From the NCBI GenBank assembly GCA_964567595.1, contig CAZMNF010000002.1, forward strand, positions 39,149-103,148: 64,000 nucleotides of DNA, given 5' to 3'. Shown here piece by piece: positions 52,481 to 61,982 of the stretch. The position numbers and the translations under genes were made by a program. Position 1 is the first letter of the stretch. Every line of letters starts with the position of its first letter. The notes beneath the pieces are model-generated. The model was not told the origin of the DNA, made no database searches, and was given only the letters and a program-made list of their open reading frames with translations. The DNA is from an uncultured Thermotogae bacterium (GTDB lineage Bacteria > Bipolaricaulota > Bipolaricaulia > RBG-16-55-9).

Positions 52481-55465
52481 ATGCATGGAGCGATCGCACG
52501 GCGCGTTGCGTTGACGGCCTTGATTCTGCTCATGGGCGGAACGCTGGTAACCCAAGCGCAGACGAGTCTGACCACCTCATCCGACAAAGAGCCCAAGCAA
52601 AACAGCCCGAAGATCCAATCGATGGTCGAGGATCTCTTTAACGAGTCAGGAAGCCGAGCGTTATCCCAGGCATCCGCAACGAGCAGCACGAAGCGGCTGT
52701 TTGCCACCGACATCAAAGGGAATCGAGCGCGCGTCGTCGTGGAAGCAGCGTCCGGAGCTGCCACCTCGACGCTCGTTGAACGAATCGAAGCGGCCGGTGG
52801 ACGCGTCGAGACGACCTACGAGACCTCCATCCAAGCCTATCTCAGTGAATCCACCATCCGTGAACTGGCCGACACGAACCTCGTGTCGTTCGTGCGCATG
52901 CCGGTTCAGGCCCAACAACCGAGGTCGTCGAAGCAACCCCATCAGGCAACCGAATCTCGGGGGACTACGGAGAGCGAAGGCTTGTCCGTGATCGGATCGC
53001 GGGCGTGGAATGAGGCCGGCCTCAATGGCGAGGGGGTCAAGGTTGGCATCGATGATGGCGGGTTTGATAACTATGAGAGCCTATTGGGAGAAGACCTCCC
53101 GCCTTCCGACAAGGTTGAAACTCGCTCGTTTGCAGAAGACGCCGATATCGAGGCGGACACTGATCATGGAACGGCCGTCTCGGAGATCGTTCACGACGTG
53201 GCACCGAACGCCAGTCTCTACCTCACCAACTCACAAACGCTGGTGGAGACACAGAACGCCATCGACTGGATGCTGGAGCAGGACGTCGACGTCATCAACA
53301 GCTCATGGGGATTCAACACCGGCTGTCTACAAGATGGAGACGCGGGGCTCCTCGGATCTCAGATCCAGGAGGCCCGTGAGCAGGGGGTCACCTGGGTGAC
53401 CTCTGCCGGCAATGAAGGCGGAGATCACTGGCGAGGAGAATGGGAAGACCCTGACGATAATGATCAACACAACTTCTCCTCGATCGATCAAAACCTCTCG
53501 TTCGATGTGGAGTTGTTCCTAGCTGAAAATGACGGCGAGCGGTTCGCGTTGGCCAGTACCATTGTGCTGCTAAGTTGGAACGGTGACTGCGAGGACGCAC
53601 AGAATGCCTACGAGCTTGAGATCAATTCGGACGTCCTCAGCTCGCCCATCGAAGGTGACTGGGGCTTAGAACCGGGCATCCCCACCAAGATTGTCACTGG
53701 CATCATCGGGTCAGAAGATACCTCCCTCGTTGGGGAAGAGATCACGATGAACGTGTCCATCAAAAAGACCGTGGATGATGCTCCAGAGCTACTTGACCTC
53801 ACCATTCTCGAGTGTCGAGAGTGCATCGATCGTGAGTCGCGTCATCTCAATGCCGAGGGGAGCGTCGGCGTGAGCGAGCCGGCCATCTCTCCCGATGCTG
53901 TGTCGGTTGGGGCAACCCACCACACGCCAAGCGAATGCGGCGACCTTTGTGCGGAAGGCTCGTTGCTCGAGTTCTCCAGTCGTGGCCCGACTGGCGACGG
54001 GCGAACCAAGCCCGATATCGCCGCCCCATCGTTCGTCTCAACAACAGCGTTCGGCGAGTGGACGCCAGATGATGACGACCTCGGTTTCGCCGGCACTTCG
54101 TCATCTGCCCCCCACGTGGCCGGGGCGGCGGCACTCGTCACCCAAGCGAGACCCGAGTTTTCACCGAATGAGGTGCAAAGCTTCCTCGAAGATCGCGCCG
54201 AAGATCTTGGCCCGCCCGGCAAGGACAATTTGTTCGGAGCTGGCTTGATGACCCTTGGGCCCGTCCCCGAACAGCGGGAAGAGGATCCCCGACTCACCGT
54301 GGATCCGACGGAGCTCAGCTTTACGGCAACCAAGGGTGAAGGCGATCCCGCGCCGAAGTCATTGGAGATCGGCAATGACGGCGGCGGGGCGCTGGACTGG
54401 AGCGCCCAGACGACGGCAAACTGGCTCCAGCTCAGTCGCTCATCGGGCAGTGGGCCCGCCAACGTCGACGTGTCCGCCAGCATCAGCGATCTGTCCGGCG
54501 GGACGCATGAGGGCCGCATCGTGATCACCGCCTCCGGAGCTGACGGCAGTCCGGCCACAGTCCCAGTGACGTTATCACTCCAGGAAGGGGAAGAACCGGC
54601 AACCCTTGAGGTCAGTCCCCAAGCGCTGACCTTCGAGGCCACCGCCGGCGACAGCGCACCGCCCGCCCAGACACTGAACGTGACAAACGGCGGCGACGGG
54701 CTGCTCGAGTGGCAGGCCCGGACGACGGCTCCCTGGATCCAGCTCAGCTTGGAAGAAGGCTTTACGCCCTCAAACGTTGACGTCTCGGTCAATGTGGGCG
54801 ACCTCTCCGCGGGCACGCACGAAGGCCGCATCATCGTTACCTCGCCCGATGCCGACAACGGCCCCATCCGCGTCGACGTCACGCTGGAACTGTCCGGCGA
54901 CACGTCTCAAGCGCCCATGCTCGACGTCCAGCCCGATCCGCCGGACTTGAACTTCGGCGAACAACCGGCGGCGGGGCAAGCGTCGCTGGAGATCACGATC
55001 CGCAACGCCGGCGCCGGAACGCTCAGTTGGGAAGCGAGCGCCGATGAGCCCTGGGTGGCGATCGATCCCAACAGCGGCAACCTGAGCGCTGACCAGGCAC
55101 AGCCCGTCCAGGTCACGGTCGATAGCGGCTCGCTGGAGCCGGGCGAGCACACGACGGACTTGCAGATCTCGGCCGAGGACGGCCAGCAGTCGGCGACCGG
55201 GACTGTCCGCGTCCAGATCGTCGAAGAGCAACAGCAAACGGAAGGCCAGCTCCTGGCGCTGGCGTTCGAGGAGTTCCTCCTGATGGAGCCCGCCGACTGG
55301 ACGCGCGAGACCCAGGACGGCTGCGTCGTCTACACCAACGACAGCGACGACCGCAGCCAGGTCCGTGTGACGCAACTGAACGGTTCGACGCGCTCGTTCG
55401 ACATCCCGGCCGGCAATCAAGTGATCGTCTGTGATCGGGTGATCCACATCGACACGCGGACGTAG
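52481..55465 (+). CDS. Large secreted S8 serine protease: I9-like prodomain, catalytic domain with a large insert, three BACON-like repeats, and a ~80-aa C-terminal tail
   Basis: Catalytic triad contexts VKVGIDDGGFD, TDHGTAVSEIV and FAGTSSSAPHVAGAAALV, with oxyanion SAGNEG. The repeats read LTVDPTELSFTATKGEG..., LEVSPQALTFEATAGDS... and LDVQPDPPDLNFGEQ... TAAGGAGGA lies upstream. Confidence 0.85.
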   Translation: MHGAIARRVALTALILLMGGTLVTQAQTSLTTSSDKEPKQNSPKIQSMVEDLFNESGSRALSQASATSSTKRLFATDIKGNRARVVVEAASGAATSTLVERIEAAGGRVETTYETSIQAYLSESTIRELADTNLVSFVRMPVQAQQPRSSKQPHQATESRGTTESEGLSVIGSRAWNEAGLNGEGVKVGIDDGGFDNYESLLGEDLPPSDKVETRSFAEDADIEADTDHGTAVSEIVHDVAPNASLYLTNSQTLVETQNAIDWMLEQDVDVINSSWGFNTGCLQDGDAGLLGSQIQEAREQGVTWVTSAGNEGGDHWRGEWEDPDDNDQHNFSSIDQNLSFDVELFLAENDGERFALASTIVLLSWNGDCEDAQNAYELEINSDVLSSPIEGDWGLEPGIPTKIVTGIIGSEDTSLVGEEITMNVSIKKTVDDAPELLDLTILECRECIDRESRHLNAEGSVGVSEPAISPDAVSVGATHHTPSECGDLCAEGSLLEFSSRGPTGDGRTKPDIAAPSFVSTTAFGEWTPDDDDLGFAGTSSSAPHVAGAAALVTQARPEFSPNEVQSFLEDRAEDLGPPGKDNLFGAGLMTLGPVPEQREEDPRLTVDPTELSFTATKGEGDPAPKSLEIGNDGGGALDWSAQTTANWLQLSRSSGSGPANVDVSASISDLSGGTHEGRIVITASGADGSPATVPVTLSLQEGEEPATLEVSPQALTFEATAGDSAPPAQTLNVTNGGDGLLEWQARTTAPWIQLSLEEGFTPSNVDVSVNVGDLSAGTHEGRIIVTSPDADNGPIRVDVTLELSGDTSQAPMLDVQPDPPDLNFGEQPAAGQASLEITIRNAGAGTLSWEASADEPWVAIDPNSGNLSADQAQPVQVTVDSGSLEPGEHTTDLQISAEDGQQSATGTVRVQIVEEQQQTEGQLLALAFEEFLLMEPADWTRETQDGCVVYTNDSDDRSQVRVTQLNGSTRSFDIPAGNQVIVCDRVIHIDTRT

Positions 55466-55499
55466 GCATGCCGCAGTGGACGTTGCGAGCAGTGTCCGA

Positions 55500-55540
55500 G
55501 CCGACGGGGCCGTTCGCTCCGGCCCCGTCGGCTTCTTCTC
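55500..55540 (+). terminator. Intrinsic terminator after the S8 protease gene
   Basis: GCCGACGGGGCCG - ttcgctc - CGGCCCCGTCGGC (perfect 13 bp) followed by TTCTTCTC. Confidence 0.7.
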
Positions 55541-55693
55541 CAAGGCTTTCATGGACCCGCGAACTTCTGGATCCGTCTCAGGCGGCTTCGGCCGCGCGTT
55601 GCGATTCGGGCCATCGCGCTCGGCATGGGGACGACGCCCCGATCGGGCCATGTCGCCAGCAGCTGAGCCTATCGCTAGGAGGTTGTTCTTACG

Positions 55694-56512
55694 ATGCTCC
55701 CACAAGGGGCCTTTCACCAAATCGTATTGGCGCAATCCGGGCTAAGGGAGATGGCCGAGTCCCTCGGCGACGCCGCAGATGTCGTGCGGGGCGCGCTAGA
55801 CGTTCTGCCAACGATTCCTCTGGGCGTGACCGACGTGCCCAGTCTGGCCGTGCTGGCGCTCGCGCTGGTCGGGTGGCGCGCCCGCGCGACCGGTCAGTCT
55901 TCGACGGCGGCTGCCACCTCTGCGATCCTGTCGGCGCTCGCGTTGTGGGCCGTATGGGCTCTCGGTTTCGGATCAGAGCTGGAGATCACGCTCGCCATCA
56001 CGCTGTTGGGCACCGCTATTGCTTTGGCCATCGGCTATCCGATCGGCCGCGCGTTGGGCCCGTACCGTGAAGGGCACGACCGAGCAGGAGTGCGGCCTTT
56101 CGACTTCCTCGCCAAGGTCCCCGAGTTCGTCTTTCTTGTGCCCGTGGTCATCTATTTCTCCATCGGAAACGGGGCGGCCGTGATTTTGGCCGCTCTGGTC
56201 GGGCTGTTCGTGGCTGTGAGCCGCGTGCGTCAGGTCTCTCAGCGGAACCTTGGCGGGGTTCGGATGCTCAGCGCTACGCTCAATGCGACAGCCCTGCGCG
56301 TCTACGCGGCCGTCATCCTGGCCAGCTTGATCAACGCTGCTGGCTTGGGGAGGATCCTGTTCACGGCCATCAACACCATCGACGTGGAGCTTGGCCTCCA
56401 AGCAGCGGCTGCGACCGTGCTGTTCGCGTTCGTGCTGGATCGGCTCACGGACGATCCCTTGGGCCCGCGCTCGAGTCCCGACGCTGAGACGGTGTTCGAA
56501 GGCAGTTACTGA
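55694..56512 (+). CDS. Orphan, divergent ABC permease-like membrane protein (ProW/OpuAB glycine-betaine type)
   Basis: FDFLAKVPEFVFLVPVVIYFSIGNGAAVILAALV...VLFAFVLDRLTD resembles the ProW core. The EAA-loop region is degenerate (LSATLNATALRVYAAVILAS). No ATPase or binding-protein gene is adjacent. Confidence 0.5.
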   Translation: MLPQGAFHQIVLAQSGLREMAESLGDAADVVRGALDVLPTIPLGVTDVPSLAVLALALVGWRARATGQSSTAAATSAILSALALWAVWALGFGSELEITLAITLLGTAIALAIGYPIGRALGPYREGHDRAGVRPFDFLAKVPEFVFLVPVVIYFSIGNGAAVILAALVGLFVAVSRVRQVSQRNLGGVRMLSATLNATALRVYAAVILASLINAAGLGRILFTAINTIDVELGLQAAAATVLFAFVLDRLTDDPLGPRSSPDAETVFEGSY

Positions 56513-56600
56513 CCACCGCATAAGTCGGGTGACTCAATGTCCGCAAGTTTCGCCCACGACACGGCAGTCGCTTAACCCTTCTTTCGCGGTGATCAGTAAC
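56505..56600. repeat. 96-bp inverted-repeat element (15-bp arms, 14/15 paired, 66-nt spacer) overlapping the stop codon of the ProW-like gene
   Basis: GTTACTGACCACCGC (56505..56519) pairs with GCGGTGATCAGTAAC (56586..56600). An inner stem forms between 56529..56534 and 56566..56571. A related copy lies at 6045..6138. Confidence 0.6.
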
Positions 56601-56703
56601 GGGAGCTCGCAGCGCGATCGTCGGCCTCAGGGGACGTGGCGAGAGATGGGGCTAGACCTGTCGTCTTGACGGCTATGCGTTCCCAGCCGAACGGGGGGAT
56701 TGA

Positions 56704-57483
56704 TCAGACGAGCGTGCTGAGGTCGTCCAGCACGTAAAAGGACCGCGTCTCAGCTCCATCCAACGCCGCCCGCGACGTGACGCCCGTCAGCACGAGTGCC
56801 GCCTCGCATCCGGCGTTGATCGCCCCGTCGATGTCGGTCTCCAGTCGATCGCCGATGACGAGGCAGGAGCTCGGTTCGCGAACGCCGAGCGCCTCCAGCG
56901 CAACCTCGAAGGCGATCGCGGAGGGCTTCCCGACGATTCGCTCAGGCGGATGGCCCATACCCCGCAGCGCCCCGACGATCGCGCCCGCGCCGGGCGTCGG
57001 TCCGTCGGGCGTGGGGAACGTCGGGTCCGCGTTGGTGGCGACGTAGCGCGCGCCCCCGTTGAGCGCGCGGAGCGCGTCGGCCAGCTTGTCGTAGGTTAGG
57101 TCGCGATCCATGCCGGTGACGACGACGTCGGCATCGTCGGGATCGACGAGCGCGTGGCCCGCCAGCGTCAACTCCTCCCGCAATCCCGATTCGCCGATGG
57201 GAAAGATCGACGAGGGGCCCACGTCATGGTGTAAATGCTGGGCCACGATGAACGCGCTGTTGACGACGTTGCGCGGATCGACGGCGAAGCCGTGTCCATG
57301 GAGGCGCTCGGCAATGGCCCGACGTGAGCGCGTGGCGTTGTTGGACAGCAGCACGAGCGACCCCCGCTCCGCCAGCGCGTGGAGCGCTCCGACTGCGCCT
57401 GGGACCACCTCCGGGCCCCGCACGAGCACGCCGTCGATGTCGACGATGAAGCCGCGGAAACGATCAAGCGCGATCGGCGTCAT
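56704..57483 (-). CDS. HAD-superfamily subfamily IIA hydrolase (NagD-like)
   Basis: GFIVDIDGVLVRG...LLSNNATRSR...GKP...VIGDRLETDI; trimmed to ATG 57483. Confidence 0.85.
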   Translation of the reverse strand: MTPIALDRFRGFIVDIDGVLVRGPEVVPGAVGALHALAERGSLVLLSNNATRSRRAIAERLHGHGFAVDPRNVVNSAFIVAQHLHHDVGPSSIFPIGESGLREELTLAGHALVDPDDADVVVTGMDRDLTYDKLADALRALNGGARYVATNADPTFPTPDGPTPGAGAIVGALRGMGHPPERIVGKPSAIAFEVALEALGVREPSSCLVIGDRLETDIDGAINAGCEAALVLTGVTSRAALDGAETRSFYVLDDLSTLV

Positions 57484-57519
57484 GGCAGCATGCCTCGTTC
57501 TGCCGTAAGATGACCCATC

Positions 57520-58617
57520 ATGCCCGTCGACAATGAGCCCGTCAACCGTCCCGACGCCACCCCGGCCCCGATCTATCACGATCCGGAGGACTGGCCTCTA
57601 ATTACGCCCGATCTCCCGGGCATCGGCGGCGACCTCAAGACCGAGCCGGCGCACTTCGTCGTGGAGGAGATCCCGCTCTACGAGCCCGCGGGCGAGGGCG
57701 AGCACGTCTACGTCCGCGTGACGCGCGAGGGCTGGACAACTCGCGAGCTCCAGCGTGAGATCGCCGACCTGTTCGATCTCAAGAACAACCACCTGGGCTG
57801 CGCCGGGCTCAAGGACAAGCACGCCCGGGCTACCCAGACGTTTTCCCTCCATCTGCTGGAGGCGGATCCGGACGAGGTGGCCGACCGGATCGAAACGGAA
57901 CTGGGGGTCACGGTTGAGTGGGCCACGCGCCATGCCAACAAGATCCGCCGCGGCCACCTGATCGGCAACCGTTTTACGATCGCCCTGTTGAATCCGGGGG
58001 AGCCCGGGAGGGCTTGGGATCGGGCCCAGTCGATTGCCCAAGCGGTGCGCCAGCGCGGATTGCCCAACTACTTCGGTGCCCAGCGGTTGGGCGAGGATTG
58101 CGAAAACGCCCGCCACGGCCGCGAGATCCTTCTGGGACAGCGCGAGAAGCGCGGCCGCTGGATCCGGCGGTTCCTCATGTCGGCGTACCAGTCCTGGCTG
58201 TTCAATCGCTGGCTCGCCGAGCGCATCAACGTCGGGTGGTTTGCGGAGATTCTGCCGGGCGACGTCGCCAAGAAGACGGACACCGGCGGGCTGTTCAACG
58301 TCGACGACCTCGACCAGGAACGGCCCCGCTTCGACCGAGACGAAATCACGTACACGGGCCCGATTTACGGGCACAAACTCTGGTGGGCGGGCGGCGACCC
58401 GGGCGAGCTGGAGGCCCGCGTGGTCGCCGAGGAGGGCATCACGGATCGGCATTGGGCCCAGGCCCAGCTCAAGGGCACCCGCCGCCGAGCGCGGATCGTC
58501 CTGCCCGACCTGGAGGTTGAGGATGCTGCCGACGGGCTGCGCTTTTCCTTTGCGCTGCCCAAGGGAGCTTACGCCACGACGGTCTTGCGCGAGTTCCAGC
58601 GCCCGCTCGATAGCTGA
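57520..58617 (+). CDS. truD: tRNA pseudouridine synthase D
   Basis: FVVEEIP...GEGEH.YV.V...T...AGLKDKHA (GxKD catalytic motif)...[10 protein letters not shown]. Confidence 0.85.
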   Translation: MPVDNEPVNRPDATPAPIYHDPEDWPLITPDLPGIGGDLKTEPAHFVVEEIPLYEPAGEGEHVYVRVTREGWTTRELQREIADLFDLKNNHLGCAGLKDKHARATQTFSLHLLEADPDEVADRIETELGVTVEWATRHANKIRRGHLIGNRFTIALLNPGEPGRAWDRAQSIAQAVRQRGLPNYFGAQRLGEDCENARHGREILLGQREKRGRWIRRFLMSAYQSWLFNRWLAERINVGWFAEILPGDVAKKTDTGGLFNVDDLDQERPRFDRDEITYTGPIYGHKLWWAGGDPGELEARVVAEEGITDRHWAQAQLKGTRRRARIVLPDLEVEDAADGLRFSFALPKGAYATTVLREFQRPLDS

Positions 58618-58701
58618 GGGATGGCCCAGCAGTCACCATGACCGGTTGTTATGTGCGGATAAGACGAGGAACGGCCCGACGAAATTGATCGACGCTTGCC
58701 C

Positions 58702-59412
58702 ATGAACCAAGACGCATTCGTTCGCATCGAGGAGCTGAGCAAGTCGTACCGCGAGGGCCAAGTGTTGCACACCGTCCTGGACCAACTTGATCTCGACATC
58801 GAGGCCGGCTCGATCGTGGCGATCCTGGGGCGCAGCGGCAGCGGCAAAAGCACGCTGCTCAACTTGGTCAGCGGCATCGATCGGCCCGACAACGGCGCGA
58901 TCTGGATCGGCGAACAGCGCGTCACGTCGCTGAGCGAGCGCGCCCGGACCCTGCTGCGTCGGCGCGCCATCGGCTTTCTCTTCCAGTTCTTCAACCTGAT
59001 CCCGACGCTCACGGTGTGGGAGAACGTCACCTTGCCCGTGGAACTGAACGGGGGCCTGACCGATGACGCGCAGCAGCGCGTCGAGTCGCTGTTGGACGAG
59101 GTCGGTCTGCTTGAGCGTCGGACGGCCTATCCCGAACAGCTCTCCGGCGGCGAGCAACAGCGCATCGCGCTCGCCCGCGCGATGGCCCACGATCCGGACC
59201 TCCTGCTCGCGGACGAGCCGACCGGCAACCTCGACGAGGCCACGGGACACCGCATGATGGAGCTCCTCGAACGCCTCGCCCGCGAGACGGGCCGCACGTG
59301 CCTGTTGGCGACCCACAGCCGCGAGGTCGCCCGCACGGCCGACCGCGTCCTGCGCTTGGACCGCGGCCAGATCGTGCCCGTCTCGGTCCCGGAAACCGCC
59401 CATGGCGACTGA
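58702..59412 (+). CDS. ABC transporter ATP-binding protein (MacB/LolD-like, AttE-like)
   Basis: [26 protein letters not shown] and [12 protein letters not shown]. Confidence 0.9.
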   Translation: MNQDAFVRIEELSKSYREGQVLHTVLDQLDLDIEAGSIVAILGRSGSGKSTLLNLVSGIDRPDNGAIWIGEQRVTSLSERARTLLRRRAIGFLFQFFNLIPTLTVWENVTLPVELNGGLTDDAQQRVESLLDEVGLLERRTAYPEQLSGGEQQRIALARAMAHDPDLLLADEPTGNLDEATGHRMMELLERLARETGRTCLLATHSREVARTADRVLRLDRGQIVPVSVPETAHGD

Positions 59413-61975
59413 GACGCGCGCGCTCGGTCGAGCCGCCTGGCGCCATCTGAAGCGCCACCCTTGGCAGGGCGTGCTCATGGCGCTCGGCGTCGCGCTCGGC
59501 GTGGCGGTCGTGGTGGCGGTCGACCTGGCCAACGCCAGTGCCTCCCGGGCGTTCGAGCTGAGCACCGAGGCCGTTGCCGGGCGCGCCACCCACGCCATCC
59601 GCGGCGGCCCAGAGGGCCTCGATGAGGACCTCTATGCCCAGCTGAAGCGCGACGGCGTCGCCCCCCTAGCGGCACCGGTGATCAATCAGTACGTCTCCTC
59701 AGAGCAACTCGGGGATCGGGCGTTCCGCTTATTGGGCATTGACCCGTTCGCCGATGCGCCGTTTCGCAACTATCTCGTTCCTTCCGGCGATCTGTCCGTA
59801 CAGGACCTGCAGTCGTTGCTCACCCGACCGGGCGCCGTTCTGATCTCGACCGACGTCGCCGCGCGATACGGACTGTCCGTCGGGGATTCGCTCACGCTGA
59901 CCGTAAGCGGCTACGCGCGCGACGCGCGCATCGTCGGCTTGCTCCAGCCGAACGATACGTTCAGCCAACGGGCCCTGTCGGGGCTCATCATCGCCGACGT
60001 CGCCACGGCTCAGGAACTGACGGAGCGGACGGGGCGCTTGGATCGGATCGATCTCATTCTGCCCGAGGCCCCCGGCGCGGCGAGCCAAGCGAAACGCCGC
60101 ATTCGCGAGCGATTGCCCGAGGGCGCACGGCTCCAGCCCGTCGGCACGCGCACGGGCGCGATCGAGCAGATGACGGCCGCGTTCCAGACCAATCTGACGG
60201 CGTTGAGCCTTTTGGCGCTCGTGGTTGGCGTCTTTCTCATCTACAACACGATGACGTTCGCGGTCGTCCAACGACGGGCGCTGTTCGGGACGCTGCGCTC
60301 GCTCGGCGCGACTCGGCGCCAGATTTTCCAGATCGTGCTGATCGAAGCGGGATCCATCGGGCTGATCAGTTCGGCGATCGGCGTCGGCCTCGGGATCGTG
60401 CTCGGCCAAGGCGCGGTCGAGTTGGTGACGCGCACGATCAACGACCTCTACTTCGTGCTGACGGTCCAGAGCGTCGGGTTACCAACGGGAAGCCTCGTCA
60501 AGGGCGGACTCCTCGGCCTCGTCGCCACGCTTACGGCCGCGGCGTTCCCCGCCTGGGAGGCCGCGGCCACGTCGCCGAGCTCGGCGCTCTCGCGGGCCGG
60601 GTTGGAAGCCAAGGCTCGTCGCGTCGCGAGCTGGAGCGCGTTGGGCGGCGTTGGCGGCATTGCGCTTGGCTTGGGCATATTGGCGTGGCCGACGCGCGAT
60701 TTGACCGTCAGCTTCGTCGGGACGTCGCTGGCCCTAATCGGCGCCGCGATGATCACGCCGTTGGCAACGTCCTGGTTGATGAAGGGGTTGAGCCGGCTGT
60801 TCGGGCGGATCTGGCGGCCGATCGGCCCCATGGCGCCCCGGGAAGTGAGCGCCTCGCTCAGCCGCACCTCCATCGCCGTGGCGGCGCTCGTCGTCGCCGT
60901 CTCCGTGACGATCGGCGTGGGATTGATGGTCACGAGCTTCCGCACCACCGTCGTCGACTGGCTCGATCAGTCCCTCAGCGGCGACGTCTACGTCTGGGCG
61001 CCGGGCTTCGGCAACGCCCAGACCTCGGCAACGCTCGATCCCGACATTGTCGACCGCGTCAACGAGCTGGAGGAGGCCGACCGCGTCGACGCGCTGCGCA
61101 GCGTCATCGTCGACTCGGCCCAAGGATCGCTCCAGGTGGACGCCGTGGCGAACCCGAGCGACGGCAAAGAGCACACTTATCTCTGGACCGACGGGCCCGT
61201 GGATGAGATCTGGCACGAAGTGCGCACGAGCAAGGCCGTGATCGCCTCCGAGCCGCTGGCGCGCCGTCTGAATCTGACTCGAGCGAACGACGAGCTGACG
61301 CTGTTCACGGACGAGGGACGCCAGACGTTCGAGGTGGTCGGCGTCTACTACGACTACGGGTCCAGCCAAGGCATCGCGACGATGTGGCACGAGATCTATC
61401 GCCAGTACTGGGACGACCCGTCGTGGACCGCGCTGTCGATCAACCTGCCCGCCGACGCTGACGCCGACCGAATTACCCGCCAGCTGCAGGCCGAGTTGAC
61501 CGACATCCAGAGCGTCCAAGTCCAAGCCAATCGCGAACTTCGCGCGGAGGTGTTGGCCATCTTCGACCAGACGTTTGCCATCACGAGCGCGCTGCAGCTA
61601 TTGGCGATCGTGGTGGCGTTCATCGGCGTGCTGAGCGCGCTGTTGTCGTTGCAGTTGGAGAAGACGCGACAACTGGGCATCCTGCGCGCGCTCGGCTTCT
61701 CGGTCCGCGAGATCTGGGGCCTGATCACCCTGGAGACTGGCCTGATCGGCACGTCAGCCGGCCTGTTGGCGATACCGACGGGGTTCGGGTTGGCCCTGAT
61801 CCTCGTCTACATCATCAACCGCCGCGCCTTCGGCTGGACGCTCCTGCTGCAGCTGGACGCGTGGACGTTTCTCCAGGCCCTTGCTGTGGCGATCGGCGCG
61901 GCGTTGCTGGCCGGACTCTATCCCGCTTATCGCATGAGCCGCATCCTGACCGCTGCGGCATTGAGGAACGAGTGA
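59402..61975 (+). CDS. ABC transporter permease with two FtsX-like domains (YbbP / AttF-AttG fusion type)
   Basis: 857 aa with duplicated four-TM FtsX blocks ([12 protein letters not shown]... and [12 protein letters not shown]...); 11-nt overlap with the ATPase gene. Confidence 0.85.
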   Translation: MATETRALGRAAWRHLKRHPWQGVLMALGVALGVAVVVAVDLANASASRAFELSTEAVAGRATHAIRGGPEGLDEDLYAQLKRDGVAPLAAPVINQYVSSEQLGDRAFRLLGIDPFADAPFRNYLVPSGDLSVQDLQSLLTRPGAVLISTDVAARYGLSVGDSLTLTVSGYARDARIVGLLQPNDTFSQRALSGLIIADVATAQELTERTGRLDRIDLILPEAPGAASQAKRRIRERLPEGARLQPVGTRTGAIEQMTAAFQTNLTALSLLALVVGVFLIYNTMTFAVVQRRALFGTLRSLGATRRQIFQIVLIEAGSIGLISSAIGVGLGIVLGQGAVELVTRTINDLYFVLTVQSVGLPTGSLVKGGLLGLVATLTAAAFPAWEAAATSPSSALSRAGLEAKARRVASWSALGGVGGIALGLGILAWPTRDLTVSFVGTSLALIGAAMITPLATSWLMKGLSRLFGRIWRPIGPMAPREVSASLSRTSIAVAALVVAVSVTIGVGLMVTSFRTTVVDWLDQSLSGDVYVWAPGFGNAQTSATLDPDIVDRVNELEEADRVDALRSVIVDSAQGSLQVDAVANPSDGKEHTYLWTDGPVDEIWHEVRTSKAVIASEPLARRLNLTRANDELTLFTDEGRQTFEVVGVYYDYGSSQGIATMWHEIYRQYWDDPSWTALSINLPADADADRITRQLQAELTDIQSVQVQANRELRAEVLAIFDQTFAITSALQLLAIVVAFIGVLSALLSLQLEKTRQLGILRALGFSVREIWGLITLETGLIGTSAGLLAIPTGFGLALILVYIINRRAFGWTLLLQLDAWTFLQALAVAIGAALLAGLYPAYRMSRILTAAALRNE

Positions 61976-61982
61976 TCGACCC

